Below, piece after piece: positions 16,339 to 26,470 of a stretch of 32,000 bases of DNA. The translations under genes and the position numbers were made by a program. The stretch's first letter is position 1. Every line of letters begins with the position of its first letter. The notes below the pieces were generated by a model that saw nothing but the letters and a program-made list of their open reading frames with translations, ran no database searches and was not told the origin of the DNA. The stretch comes from Longivirga aurantiaca (GTDB lineage: Bacteria > Actinomycetota > Actinomycetes > S36-B12 > CAIYMF01). The stretch lies in contig NZ_JBHSTI010000008.1 in assembly GCF_042660085.1 (NCBI RefSeq), positions 510,001 to 542,000 on the forward strand, in the 5' to 3' direction.

Positions 16339-19300
16339 CCAGCACCTCCGCCGACGCCGTGCACGCGTCGGACATCCCGAAGCTGGTCCTCGACCGGACG
16401 CCGCCGCTCTCGGCCGCGGCGCCCGCGCTCGACGCCGAGCAGCGCCGGGTCGTGGCGCACCGGGAGGGCCCGCTCCTCGTGCTCGCCGGCCCCGGCACGG
16501 GCAAGACCACGACCCTGGTCGAGGCGATGGTCGCGCGGTTGCAGGGACCGACCGCGGTGCGCGCCGACCAGGTGCTCGGCCTCACGTTCGGCCGCCGCGC
16601 CGCCGGGGAGTGGCGCGAGCGCGTCACCGCCCGCCTCGGTGGCGGGGTCGTCCCCACCGTCACCACGTTCCACTCGTTCGCCTACGCGCTCGTGCGCCAG
16701 GCGGCCGACCCCGAGGCCTTCGCCGAGCCCCTGCGCCTGCTGTCCGGCCCCGAGCAGGAGGCGCGCCTGCGCGAGCTGCTCACGGGTGCCGTCTCGGACG
16801 GGCGCCTCGCCTGGCCCGCCGACCTCGCCGCCGCGCTCGGCACGCGCGGCCTCGCGTCCGAGGTGCGCGCCGTCGTGGCGAAGGCCCGCGCCCTCGGCCT
16901 CGACCCCTGGGACCTCGAGGCGCTGGCCGCCCACGCGGGCAGCGTCGGCCCGGCGTGGAAGGCGGTCGGAGAGTTCCTCGGCGACTACCTCGACGTGCTC
17001 GACGCCGAGGGGGTCACCGACTACACCGAGGTCGTCCACCGGGCCGGGCTGCTCGCGCACGACCCGGACGTGCAGGCCCGGCTGCGGGCGCAGTACTCCG
17101 TGGTGCTGGTCGACGAGTTCCAGGACACCGACCCCGCGCAGGTGCGGCTGCTGCAGGGGCTCGTCGGGCCCTCGACGTCGTTCGTGGTGGTGGGCGATCC
17201 CGACCAGAGCATCTACGCGTTCCGAGGCGCCGACATCGGCGGGATCCTCGGCTTCCGCGAGACCTTCCGAGCCCCCGACGGGTCCGACGCCCCCGTCATC
17301 GTGCTCCGCCGCACCCGCCGCTTCGGGCCGGTGCTGCGCGCGGCCGCCGGGCGGGTGCTGCGCACCACCTCGCTCGCCCCGCTGCCCGCCACGATCGTCT
17401 ACGACCACCGGCACCCGGTCAGCGAGGCACCGGCGTACGGCGAGGGCTCGCTCGAGGTGCGCACCTACGACTCCGAGCACGCCGAGGCCGCGCACGTCGC
17501 CGACCGGCTCCGTCGCGAGCACCTCGAGCGCGGCGTGCCCTGGTCGGACATGGCGGTGCTTGTGCGCAGCGGGCGTCGCTCGATCCCCACGCTGCGACGG
17601 GCGCTGCTCTCCGCCGGCGTCCCGGTCGAGGTGGCGTCCGACGAGGTGCCGCTGCACGACGAGCCCGCCCTCGCGCCGCTCCTCACCCTGCTGCGGGTGG
17701 CGGTCGACCTCGGTCAGCCGCAGGGCCCGCCCGATGCCGGGGCGGTCGACGACGACACGGTCCACACGCTGCTGCTCTCCCCTCTCGGCGACGCCGATCC
17801 GGCCGACGTCCGGCGGCTCGGCGGCGTGCTGCGCCGGCTCGCGCGCGAGGAAGACCCCGACCAGCGGCCCGCACCGTCGGGCGAGCTGCTGCGCCGTCTG
17901 CTCGTCGACCTCGTGGCCGATCCCGCGACCGTCCTGCCCGTGCAGCAGTCGGCGGCGGGCAGGGACGCCCGCGCGCGGCACGCGCAGGAGTGCGTGGTCC
18001 GTGTCGCCCGGCTCCTGCACGCGGCACGCGAGGTCATGGCGAGGCGGGGGAGCACCGAGGAGGTGCTCTGGACCGTCTGGTCCGGCTCGAACGGCCGGGG
18101 CGGGTCGGGATGGCCACGGCGCCTCGAGCAGGCGGCCCTGCGCGGGGGCGACGGCGGTCGCCGTGCCGACTCCGACCTCGACGCGGTCCTCGGGCTCTTC
18201 GCCGCGGCCGAGCGGGCCGAGGACCGGTTCGGCGGACGCCGCGGCGTCGCCAACTTCCTGGCCGAGCTCGACTCGCAGGTGATCCCGGCCGACAGCCTCG
18301 CCGAACGCGGCATCCGCGGGCCTGCCGTCCGGCTGCTCACCGCGCACCGTGCGAAGGGCCTGCAGTGGCGGCTCGTCGTGGTGCCGGGCGTGCAGGAGGG
18401 CGTGTGGCCCGATCTCCGTCGTCGGGGCTCGCTCCTGCAGGCCGACCGCCTCGAGCGCACGGGCCTCGGCGAGGCCGCGCCCCCCGCGGCCCTGCTGGCC
18501 GAGGAGCGGCGGCTCTTCTACGTCGCCTGCACGCGGGCGCAGGAGTCGCTGGTCGTCTCGGCCGTGCGGTCGAGCCACGACGACGGCCCCCAGCCGTCGC
18601 GCCTGCTCGCCGAGCTCGCCGGCGGCGAGGACTCGGTGGCCCACGTCATCGGTCGCCCGGCGCGGCCGCTGTCGGTGAGCGGGCTCGTCGCACAGCTGCG
18701 CGCGACGGCGGTCGACAGCGCGCTGCCGGCCACGTTGCGGGCAGCGGCCACCCGCCGGCTCGCGGCCCTGGCCTCGGCCGCCGACGACGACGGCCGCCCG
18801 CTGGTTCCGGCCGCCCACCCCGACCGCTGGTGGGGCCTGCTCGACCCGACCGAGTCGTCGGAGCCGGTCCGTGAGGCCGACGCTCCGGTCGCGCTGTCCG
18901 GCAGCCAGCTCTCGACCCTCGGGAAGTGCCCGCTGCAGTGGTTCCTCGGGCACGAGACCCACGCCGAGGTGGCGCGCACGACCGCGCTCGGGTTCGGGTC
19001 GGTGGTGCACACGCTCGCCGACGCCGTCGCGCGCGGCGAGCTGCCGCCGGACCTCGCCGTGCTCGAGACCGAGGTCGACCGGATCTGGTCCGCGCTGGGG
19101 TTCGAGGCCACCTGGCAGAGCGAGGGCGAGCGGGTCGAGGCGAGCGAGGCGCTGCGCCGGTTCCTCGACTGGCACGACGGCAGGGACGACCGCACCTTCG
19201 TGGCGAGCGAGCACGAGTTCGACCTGCAGCTGCCCGTCGGCGAGCACGGCGTCCGGGTGCGCGGATCGTTCGACCGGGTCGAGGTCGACGCCGACGGCGC

Positions 19301-19709
19301 CGTGCACGTGGCCGACCTCAAGACCCAGCGCAACCCCGAGACCGGAGACGCCCTCGCCGAGCACATCCAGCTCGGCGTCTACCAGCTCGCGGTGCAGCGC
19401 GGCGCGCTCGACTCGCTGCCGGCCGACGTCCGCGAGCGCGCCGGTCTCCCGGCGCCCGGTGAGTCCGTCCACGTCGCCGGGGCCGAGCTCGTGCTGCTGC
19501 GCGTCGAGCGCAAGCGCACCGGGATGCCGGCGGTGCAGGAGCAGGCGCCGATCGGCGACGGGCCGTCGTGGGTCGACGAGGCGGTCGAGTCGGCCGAGCA
19601 GCGGGTGCGCGCCGAGCTGTTCGTGGCGCGCCCCGGCAGCCACTGCTCGATGTGCGACTTCCGCCGTGCCTGCCCCGCGGTCGACGAAGGCCGGGAGGTG
19701 CTGCCGTGA
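16335..19709 (+). CDS. adnA: AdnA-like UvrD/Rep-family helicase with C-terminal Fe-S PD-(D/E)XK nuclease domain, 1124 aa
   Basis: AGPGTGKTTTLVEAMVARL (Walker A), SVVLVDEFQDTDPAQVRLLQ (Walker B), C-terminal GSFDRVEVDADGAVHVADLKTQRN...YQLAVQRG and C...CSMCDFRRAC Fe-S-type cysteines; tandem with the AdnB-like ORF. GTG start overlaps the ATL stop. Confidence 0.78.
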   Translation: MTSTSADAVHASDIPKLVLDRTPPLSAAAPALDAEQRRVVAHREGPLLVLAGPGTGKTTTLVEAMVARLQGPTAVRADQVLGLTFGRRAAGEWRERVTARLGGGVVPTVTTFHSFAYALVRQAADPEAFAEPLRLLSGPEQEARLRELLTGAVSDGRLAWPADLAAALGTRGLASEVRAVVAKARALGLDPWDLEALAAHAGSVGPAWKAVGEFLGDYLDVLDAEGVTDYTEVVHRAGLLAHDPDVQARLRAQYSVVLVDEFQDTDPAQVRLLQGLVGPSTSFVVVGDPDQSIYAFRGADIGGILGFRETFRAPDGSDAPVIVLRRTRRFGPVLRAAAGRVLRTTSLAPLPATIVYDHRHPVSEAPAYGEGSLEVRTYDSEHAEAAHVADRLRREHLERGVPWSDMAVLVRSGRRSIPTLRRALLSAGVPVEVASDEVPLHDEPALAPLLTLLRVAVDLGQPQGPPDAGAVDDDTVHTLLLSPLGDADPADVRRLGGVLRRLAREEDPDQRPAPSGELLRRLLVDLVADPATVLPVQQSAAGRDARARHAQECVVRVARLLHAAREVMARRGSTEEVLWTVWSGSNGRGGSGWPRRLEQAALRGGDGGRRADSDLDAVLGLFAAAERAEDRFGGRRGVANFLAELDSQVIPADSLAERGIRGPAVRLLTAHRAKGLQWRLVVVPGVQEGVWPDLRRRGSLLQADRLERTGLGEAAPPAALLAEERRLFYVACTRAQESLVVSAVRSSHDDGPQPSRLLAELAGGEDSVAHVIGRPARPLSVSGLVAQLRATAVDSALPATLRAAATRRLAALASAADDDGRPLVPAAHPDRWWGLLDPTESSEPVREADAPVALSGSQLSTLGKCPLQWFLGHETHAEVARTTALGFGSVVHTLADAVARGELPPDLAVLETEVDRIWSALGFEATWQSEGERVEASEALRRFLDWHDGRDDRTFVASEHEFDLQLPVGEHGVRVRGSFDRVEVDADGAVHVADLKTQRNPETGDALAEHIQLGVYQLAVQRGALDSLPADVRERAGLPAPGESVHVAGAELVLLRVERKRTGMPAVQEQAPIGDGPSWVDEAVESAEQRVRAELFVARPGSHCSMCDFRRACPAVDEGREVLP

Positions 19710-22700
19710 GCAACGTCCCGGTGCGCCCGCGCACCGCCGTCGACGGCTTCGGCGTCCGCGAGCTGAAGGCGCTGCTCGGCGTCCCGTTCAGCGACGAGCA
19801 GATCGCGGCGATCACCGCGCCGCTGTCGCCGTACGTCGTCGTGGCGGGCGCCGGCTCGGGCAAGACCACGGTGATGACGGCACGCGTGGTCTGGCTCGTG
19901 GCGACTGGCCAGGTGCGCGCCGACCAGGTGCTCGGCCTCACCTTCACGAACAAGGCCGCGAGCGAGCTCGCCTCCCGTGTCCGGGACGCTGTGCGCGAGC
20001 TCGCGCAGCAGGAGTCCGGCGACCTGCCTCCGGGCGAGGAGGTCGACCTCGGCGAGCCCGTGATCGCCACCTACCACTCGTTCGCGGGCCGGCTGCTGTC
20101 CGAGCACGGGCTGCGCATCGGGGTCGAGCCGCAGGCGCGGCTGCTCGGCGAGGCGGCGTCGTACCAGCTCGCCCACCGCGTCGTGGTGCGCACCCGGCGC
20201 GACCTCGTGCCGCTCGGCAAGGGCGTCGGCGGCGTGGTCGGCGACCTGCGGGCGCTCGACGGCGAGCTCGCCGAGCACTGCGTGGAGCTCGCCGAGCTCC
20301 GGGCCTGGGACGAGCGGTTCGTCGCCGAGGTCGAGGGCCAGGTCAAGATCATGGCGGGTGCCCGCGACGCCGCTGCGGTGTCGCGCAAACGGATCGAGCT
20401 CGCGCACCTCGTCGAGGAGTACCGCGCCGAGCGCCGCCGGCTCGACGTCGTGGACTTCTCCGACCAGATGCGCTTCGGTGCGCGCCTCGCCGAGGACTGC
20501 CCGGAGGTCGGGGCGGCGCTGCGCGAGCAGTTCGCCGTGGTCCTGCTCGACGAGTACCAGGACACGTCCGTCGCGCAGCGGCGACTGCTCACCGGGCTGT
20601 TCGGCGGCGGTCACCCGGTGACTGCGGTCGGCGACCCGCTCCAGGCCATCTACGGCTGGCGCGGTGCGAGCGTCGCCAACATCGACGACTTCCCCGTGCA
20701 CTTCGCGCCGGCATCGGGCGGTCGGGCGCCCGTGCTGCCGCTCGCGGAGAACCGGCGCTCGGGCAGCAACGTGCTCGACTCCGCCAACCTCGTGGCCGCC
20801 GACCTGCGGGCGCTGCACCCCGAGGTCGCGGCGCTCGTGGCGGCCGACCCCGGCAAGCCGCCGGGCGCGGTGCGGCTCGCCCTGCACCAGACGTACGCCG
20901 AGGAGATCGACTGGCTCGCCGACCAGGTGGTCGGCGAGATCGCGGCGGGCACGGCACCGGGCGACGTGGCGCTGCTGGTGCGCGTCGGGTCCGACCTGCC
21001 GCCGGTGATGGCGGCGCTGGCCGACCGTGGCGTGCCGTTCGAGGTGCGCGGCGTCGACGGCCTCCTCGCGGTGCCCGAGGTGGCGGAGGTGCTCGCCGTC
21101 CTCGACGTGCTGCACGACTCGACCGCCAACCCCGCCCTCGTGCGGCTGCTGGCCGGCCCGCGCTGGCGCATCGGCCCGCGCGACCTCGCGCTGCTCGGCC
21201 GCCGCGCCCGCCAGCTCACCGGTGGACGGGCATGGGGCGAGGCACGCGACCTCCAGCAGCAGCTCGACGACTCCGTGGGCGGCACCGATCCGGCCGACGT
21301 CGTGTCGCTGCTCGACGCGCTCGACGACCCGGGCGACCTGCCGTACGGCAACGACGCGCGGCGCCGGTTCGCCGCACTGTCCGGCGAGATCCGCGCGCTG
21401 CGCCGGCACGTCGGCGACCCGCTGCCCGACCTGGTCCACCGAGTCGTCACGACGACCGGGCTCGACATCGAGCTCGCCGCATCGCCCGAGCTCGTGGTGC
21501 TGCGTAGGGCCGAGGCGCTGGCGTCGTTCGTCGACCTCGTGGCGGCGTTCCAGGACGCCGAGGGCGCGTCGTCGGTCACGGCGTTCCTGTCGTGGCTGCG
21601 CCTCGCCGAGCGCTTCGACAAGGTGCCCGAGCTCGAGCGCACGCCGTCCCGCGACGCCGTGCAGCTCATGACCGTCCACAAGGCCAAGGGCCTCGAGTGG
21701 CCGGTCGTCGTGCTGCCGTCGGTGACGGTCGGCGTGTTCCCCAGCGCGCGGGGCCGGTCGCGCTGGCCGGAGAGCGCCAAGACGCTGCCGTACCCGTTGC
21801 GCGGCGACTCCGCAGCCCTGCCCCGTCTCGACGGGCTGACCAAGAAGGACTTCGACGCGTTCGTCGACTCCTGCCGGGCCGGGGACGAGCTCGAGGAACG
21901 ACGGCTGGCCTACGTCGCGCTGACGCGTGCCAAGCGCCTGCTCGTCGCCTCGTCGTCGTGGTGGGGGCCGCGGCAGAAGAAGGTCCGCGGGCCGTCGCCG
22001 TACCTCGACCTGCTGCGCGAGGCGGCCCTCGACGGCGCGGGCGAGGTGGCCGTGTGGGCCGAGCGCCCCGACGACGACGAGTCCAACCCGGTGCTCGACG
22101 AGGTGGTCGAGGTGCCCTGGCCGGTCGTGCCGGACGCCGCTGCTCTCGCGGCGCGGCGCGCGGCCGCGACCTCCGTGCTCGACGGGCTCGGCACCGACAT
22201 CTCAGCGCTCATGCGCGAGCACGTCGACCTCGCCGTGGTCGAGGGCGTCTCGCCGCTGCTCGGGCTCGATGCCGCCGACCTCGGCACCGTCGTCGGCTGG
22301 GACGACGACATCGCGCTGCTGCTCGAGGAGCGACGCTCCGAGCGATCGGCCACGCGGGTGGTGCCGGTGCCGTCGTCGCTCTCGACGTCGGACCTCGTGC
22401 GGCTCGCGGCCGATCCCGACTCCTTCGCACGGCGCCTCGCTCGCCCCGTGCCGGCCGCGCCGGCGCAGTCCGCCCGCCGCGGCACGCGCTTCCACGCCTG
22501 GGTCGAGGCCCACTACGGCGTGCAGCCGCTCCTCGAGCCCGACGACCTGCCGGGAGCGGCGGACGGCCTCGACGACGACTCCGACGAGGCCCTCGACGCC
22601 ATGCGTGCGGCGTTCCTCGCGAGCCCGTGGGCCTCCCGGACGCCGGTTGGGATCGAGGTCGGGTTCTCGCTCGTCCTCGGTGGCCGTGTCGTCCCGGGCC

Positions 22701-22951
22701 GCATCGACGCGGTCTTCTCCGAGACGGCGGCCGACGGTGTGACGCGCTACGAGGTCGTCGACTGGAAGACCTCGCGCCGTCAGAGCGCCGACCCGCTGCA
22801 GCTCGCGGTCTACCGCGTCGCCTATGCCGAGCTGCTCGGCGTACCGCTCGAGCGGGTCGACGCCGCGTTCGTCTACGTGCGCGACGGCTCGGTCGTGCGG
22901 CCGGAGGGTCTGCCCGACCGTTCTGGCCTCGAGGTGCTGCTCGCCGGCTGA
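19706..22951 (+). CDS. adnB: AdnB-like UvrD/Rep-family helicase-nuclease, 1081 aa
   Basis: VVAGAGSGKTTVMTARVVWLVATGQVRADQVLGLTFTNKAASELASR, VVLLDEYQDTSVAQRRLL, LMTVHKAKGLEWPVVVLPSV, C-terminal GRIDAVFSE...YEVVDWKTSR...QLAVYRVAY nuclease motifs; 4-nt overlap with the upstream gene. Confidence 0.8.
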   Translation: MSNVPVRPRTAVDGFGVRELKALLGVPFSDEQIAAITAPLSPYVVVAGAGSGKTTVMTARVVWLVATGQVRADQVLGLTFTNKAASELASRVRDAVRELAQQESGDLPPGEEVDLGEPVIATYHSFAGRLLSEHGLRIGVEPQARLLGEAASYQLAHRVVVRTRRDLVPLGKGVGGVVGDLRALDGELAEHCVELAELRAWDERFVAEVEGQVKIMAGARDAAAVSRKRIELAHLVEEYRAERRRLDVVDFSDQMRFGARLAEDCPEVGAALREQFAVVLLDEYQDTSVAQRRLLTGLFGGGHPVTAVGDPLQAIYGWRGASVANIDDFPVHFAPASGGRAPVLPLAENRRSGSNVLDSANLVAADLRALHPEVAALVAADPGKPPGAVRLALHQTYAEEIDWLADQVVGEIAAGTAPGDVALLVRVGSDLPPVMAALADRGVPFEVRGVDGLLAVPEVAEVLAVLDVLHDSTANPALVRLLAGPRWRIGPRDLALLGRRARQLTGGRAWGEARDLQQQLDDSVGGTDPADVVSLLDALDDPGDLPYGNDARRRFAALSGEIRALRRHVGDPLPDLVHRVVTTTGLDIELAASPELVVLRRAEALASFVDLVAAFQDAEGASSVTAFLSWLRLAERFDKVPELERTPSRDAVQLMTVHKAKGLEWPVVVLPSVTVGVFPSARGRSRWPESAKTLPYPLRGDSAALPRLDGLTKKDFDAFVDSCRAGDELEERRLAYVALTRAKRLLVASSSWWGPRQKKVRGPSPYLDLLREAALDGAGEVAVWAERPDDDESNPVLDEVVEVPWPVVPDAAALAARRAAATSVLDGLGTDISALMREHVDLAVVEGVSPLLGLDAADLGTVVGWDDDIALLLEERRSERSATRVVPVPSSLSTSDLVRLAADPDSFARRLARPVPAAPAQSARRGTRFHAWVEAHYGVQPLLEPDDLPGAADGLDDDSDEALDAMRAAFLASPWASRTPVGIEVGFSLVLGGRVVPGRIDAVFSETAADGVTRYEVVDWKTSRRQSADPLQLAVYRVAYAELLGVPLERVDAAFVYVRDGSVVRPEGLPDRSGLEVLLAG

Positions 22952-23050
22952 CCTGCCGCCCACCGCCGTGCGGCCTGCCTCAGCGTCCCGCGTGCCTCGC
23001 GTGGCTACGGTGAGCGTGCACGATCGGCGCGGACGGGCAGGGAGGACCAC

Positions 23051-24181
23051 GTGACCAGCGAGCCCGTCGGCGCGCTCGGCCCGAGCGACCCGACGCCCGA
23101 GGACGTCGACGCCCTGGTCGGCAGCCCGCCGCGCAGTCTCGGCCGTCGCCTGCTCTCGGGGCTGCTGACCTACGGCGTGGTGGCGCTCGCGCTCTGGTAC
23201 CTCGTGAAGCAGCTGAGGAGCGAGGGCGGCATCGGCGATGCCCTCGCGCTCATCACACCGGCGCAGGTCGCGCTCATGTGCGTGCTGGGCGTGGTCAACC
23301 TCGCCACCAACTGGCCCCCGATCGTCATCGCCCTGCCCGGCCTGCGCGTCCGCGAGGCGGCCGTCACCAACACGGCGTCGGCGGCGCTCTCGAACACCGT
23401 GCCGGAGGGCGGCGCCGTCGCGACCGCGCTCAACGTCGCGATGCTGCGCTCGTGGGGCTTCACCATCCGCGACATCACCTCCGAGATCCTCGTGACGGGC
23501 ACCTGGTCGCAGCTGACGAAGTACGTGCTGCTCTCGATCACGCTCGGGGTCGTGGTGATCCAGGGGACCGCTCCGGACGGCGCCGGCGTGTGGGCGCTCG
23601 TGCTCGTCGTGCTCGTGGCGATCGCCGTCGTCCTGCTGCTGCTCGTCCTGCGCAGCGAGCGGTTCGCCGTGCGGCTGGGGCGCTTCGTCGACTCGTTCCT
23701 CACCCGCGTGACCTCGTGGGTGCGGCACCCCTCGCATACGCGCTTCGCCGACGACGTGCCGCGCTTCCGCACCGGCATGGTCGGGCTCCTGCGCGTGTGC
23801 TGGGGACGCCTCACCGTGGCGATGGTCGTGTCGCTGCTGACCGCCGGCTCGATCCTCTACATCGCCTGCGTCATGCAGGGTCTCGGGGGCACCGTCACGT
23901 GGGCTCTCGCGATGACGGCGTACGGCCTTGCGACGTTCGCGTCGCTCCTGGTGCCCACGCCGGGGGGTCTGGGCGTCGCCGAGGTCGTCCTGACGTCGGT
24001 GCTGGCGTGGGCGGCGCCGGAGTCGGCGCAGGCCGCGGTGCTCGCCGCGGTCCTGCTGTACCGCCTCGCGACGTTCCTCGTCCCGATCCCGATCGGACTC
24101 GTGACCTACCTCTACTGGCGCACGTCCACCGCCTGGCGCGTCGACGTCGACTCCAAGCCCGTCGATCTCTCCGCCCGCTGA
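23051..24181 (+). CDS. LPG-synthase-TM / flippase-like domain protein, 376 aa
   Basis: GTG start with RBS AGGGAGG; TNWPPIVIALPGLRVREAAVTNTASAALSNTVPEGGAVATALNVAMLRSWG...LVPTPGGLGVAEVVLTSVLAWA. Confidence 0.88.
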   Translation: MTSEPVGALGPSDPTPEDVDALVGSPPRSLGRRLLSGLLTYGVVALALWYLVKQLRSEGGIGDALALITPAQVALMCVLGVVNLATNWPPIVIALPGLRVREAAVTNTASAALSNTVPEGGAVATALNVAMLRSWGFTIRDITSEILVTGTWSQLTKYVLLSITLGVVVIQGTAPDGAGVWALVLVVLVAIAVVLLLLVLRSERFAVRLGRFVDSFLTRVTSWVRHPSHTRFADDVPRFRTGMVGLLRVCWGRLTVAMVVSLLTAGSILYIACVMQGLGGTVTWALAMTAYGLATFASLLVPTPGGLGVAEVVLTSVLAWAAPESAQAAVLAAVLLYRLATFLVPIPIGLVTYLYWRTSTAWRVDVDSKPVDLSAR

Positions 24182-24222
24182 GGCGATTCGCCCGTGTCGT
24201 CCCGACCTCCCGGCCCTGGGGT

Positions 24223-25140
24223 CTAGAGGTCGAGGTCGACCGTGACTGCGGCGTGGTCGCTGACCGGGAGGGGATGCACTTGCGCGGTGGCGCTGCCGAT
24301 CTGGGACGGCGTGAGGCCGTCGGCGAGCACGTGGTCGAGCTGCACGCGCGGCTTCATGACGGGGTACGTCTTCGCGCGGGCGAGCGGCGTCCAGCCGGTG
24401 ATGCGCGCGGGCATGCCTCCGGGGAGGTTGAAGTCGCCGAGCAGCACGAGCGGGCGGGGCAGGCCCGCGAGCCACCGGCGCAGCGCGCGCAGCTGGCGGA
24501 CGTTGTATCCGGGCACGAACGACAGGTGCGCGGTGACGACGGTGAAGGGTCCCCGGGCGCCTTCGACGACCGCTGCGACGGCGGCCCGGGGCTCGTCGGC
24601 CACGCGGATGAACTGCGGCCGCGGCTCGGCCGGGATCATGACCGGCAGGCTCCAGGGGGCCGGGTCGAACCGCGTGCTGCGCCACTCGAGCACGGGCAGC
24701 CGCGAGACGAGGCCGACGCCGTACAACGGGCCGATCGAGATCACGGTGCCGGGCGGACCGGGGTCGAGGTCGCTCGCGCGGCGGCGCAGGTCGGGATCGG
24801 GGAGGTGGGCGTTGCTCGCCCGCTCGTGCGTCTCGTCGGCCTCGGCCCAGCCGGGGAGTCCCGGCGTACCTGCGACAGACGGCGCGAAGCGCCACTGCTC
24901 GGCACCGATGGCCTCGGCCACCGAGCGCACCTGGTGCACGCCGCCGCTGCGCGGCTGGTCGACGTCGACCTCCTGCAGCCCGATCACGTCGGCGTCGAGC
25001 AAGCGGACCGCGTCGCGCAGCTGCCGGTCGTCGGCGACGGTGAGGCCGGTGGGCCGGCCGGCGTCATCGAGGTCGGGCGCGGCCATACCGCCGAGCACCG
25101 GCACGCCGTGCAGCAGGTTGTACGTCGCGAGCCGGACCAT
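24223..25140 (-). CDS. Endonuclease/exonuclease/phosphatase (EEP) family protein, 305 aa
   Basis: MVRLATYNLLHG...DADVIGLQEVDVDQPRSGG...VVTAHLSFVPGYNVRQLRALRRWL...VLLGDFNLPGG...LDHVLAD. Confidence 0.93.
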   Translation of the reverse strand: MVRLATYNLLHGVPVLGGMAAPDLDDAGRPTGLTVADDRQLRDAVRLLDADVIGLQEVDVDQPRSGGVHQVRSVAEAIGAEQWRFAPSVAGTPGLPGWAEADETHERASNAHLPDPDLRRRASDLDPGPPGTVISIGPLYGVGLVSRLPVLEWRSTRFDPAPWSLPVMIPAEPRPQFIRVADEPRAAVAAVVEGARGPFTVVTAHLSFVPGYNVRQLRALRRWLAGLPRPLVLLGDFNLPGGMPARITGWTPLARAKTYPVMKPRVQLDHVLADGLTPSQIGSATAQVHPLPVSDHAAVTVDLDL

Positions 25141-25189
25141 GTCCGAACGCTAAGCGCCCCAGCGCCGTACCGCGAACCGCACTCATCAG

Positions 25190-25238
25190 CCCAAGGGGTC
25201 AAGGAGTGCAGCTCAACTGCCGTGATCGACCCTAGGGG
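25190..25238. promoter_or_regulatory. Extended interrupted dyad of unknown function
   Basis: GGGTC-N7-GCAG-CTCAA-CTGC-N7-GACCC, symmetric about 25214, with CCC/GGG at the outer positions; upstream of the EEP gene. Confidence 0.4.
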
Positions 25239-25255
25239 CGGAGAAGTGGGGCGGG

Positions 25256-26470
25256 TCAGTGCTCGAGGGCGACCTCTTCGACGGGCTTGGGGCGCTCGCC
25301 GGAGCGCTTGCGCATCCACTCGCGGGCGGGCTCCTCGACGATCCTCCACATGAGCCAGGCGACGACGACCGCGCCGACGAACAGCACGATGGTCGCCAGC
25401 GCGTAGAGCACGCCGCTGTCGATCCCCATCCTCGTGAGCACCGCGCGCCAGAGGCCGTACCAGACCGTGTGCGTCATGTAGAGCGAGAACGAGATGAAGC
25501 CGCCGAGCACGAGGCGGTCGGTGGCGAGGAAGCGGGAGAGGCCGCGGCGGCTGAGCGCGAGGACGCCGATCCACACGATGAGCAGCGGCACCAGCAGCAG
25601 GTGCCACTTCGGCGGCAGGTCGGCGACGTTCGGGGTGTCCTCGAAGCCCTCGCCGCCCCACTGCAGGCCGGGGATCCGACCGAGGACGACGGATGCCGCG
25701 ACGATCACGATCGGCAGCGCCACCGACAGCGTGGTGGCCAGGCGCTCGACGCGCGGACGCGGGCCGTCCTCCGTCGCCGTCCAGAACCGCAGCACGACCA
25801 CGTAGGTCAGCGCCCCGGCCGTGAACTCGGTGAGGATGCGGATCGTCGAGCCCCAGTCCGAGATGTAGTAGGGGTCGCCCTGGTAGGCGACGCCGTACCA
25901 GAGCAGCGGCACGAGGACGACGACCCAGGCCAGCGCGATCCAGCGCGTCGCGAGCCGCTGGTGGAAGCGGAAGAACACGAGCACGAGCAGCGGGAACAGC
26001 AGGTACGCGAGCCACTCCATCGACAGCGACCACGCCGGGAAGTTCCATCCGCGCTGCGGGTCGCCGCCCCACTCGTGGATCAGCAGCACCTGCTTCAGGT
26101 AGTCGACGACGTTGAACCAGTCGCGGTCGACGCTCTCGCCGGCCACCTTCGCCTGCAGGAACACCGCGAGGCCCGCGACGTTGAGCATCACGAAGTGCAC
26201 GGGGTAGATGCGCGCGAGCCGCAGCCACAGGAAGTGGCGGGACGCCGGCCACGTGATCCGCGGCCCGAGCTTGGTGAGGTAGGTGTGCGTGAGGATGAAG
26301 CCCGACAGCGCGAAGAACAGGTCGACGCCCAGGCGCCCCACCCGCACGAACTCGTGCAGCACGGGCACGAGCAGCCCGAGCGTCGCGAGCGGCACCTGGA
26401 AGTGGTAGAGCATCACCCACGCCGCAGCCACGAACCGCACGCCCGTGAGCTGGCCGATGAAGCCCTTCAT
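25256..26470 (-). CDS. Acyltransferase-3 family integral membrane protein, 404 aa
   Basis: MKGFIGQLTGVRFVAAAWVMLYHFQ...GRLGVDLFFALSGFILTHTYLTKLG...FLWLRLARIYPVHFVML...PAWSLSMEWLAYLLFP. Confidence 0.94.
   Translation of the reverse strand: MKGFIGQLTGVRFVAAAWVMLYHFQVPLATLGLLVPVLHEFVRVGRLGVDLFFALSGFILTHTYLTKLGPRITWPASRHFLWLRLARIYPVHFVMLNVAGLAVFLQAKVAGESVDRDWFNVVDYLKQVLLIHEWGGDPQRGWNFPAWSLSMEWLAYLLFPLLVLVFFRFHQRLATRWIALAWVVVLVPLLWYGVAYQGDPYYISDWGSTIRILTEFTAGALTYVVVLRFWTATEDGPRPRVERLATTLSVALPIVIVAASVVLGRIPGLQWGGEGFEDTPNVADLPPKWHLLLVPLLIVWIGVLALSRRGLSRFLATDRLVLGGFISFSLYMTHTVWYGLWRAVLTRMGIDSGVLYALATIVLFVGAVVVAWLMWRIVEEPAREWMRKRSGERPKPVEEVALEH

Noticed and set aside
13407-19643. 2078-aa minus-strand ORF
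   Set aside because: Only the 13407-15845 part has recognisable domains. The rest is antisense to the AdnA-like gene and is low-complexity Arg/Gly/Glu-rich sequence typical of GC-rich shadow frames.
24203-24232. CGACCTC...GAGGTCG dyad at the convergent flippase/EEP junction
   Set aside because: Short arms and partly overlaps the EEP gene's stop codon; too weak to call a terminator.
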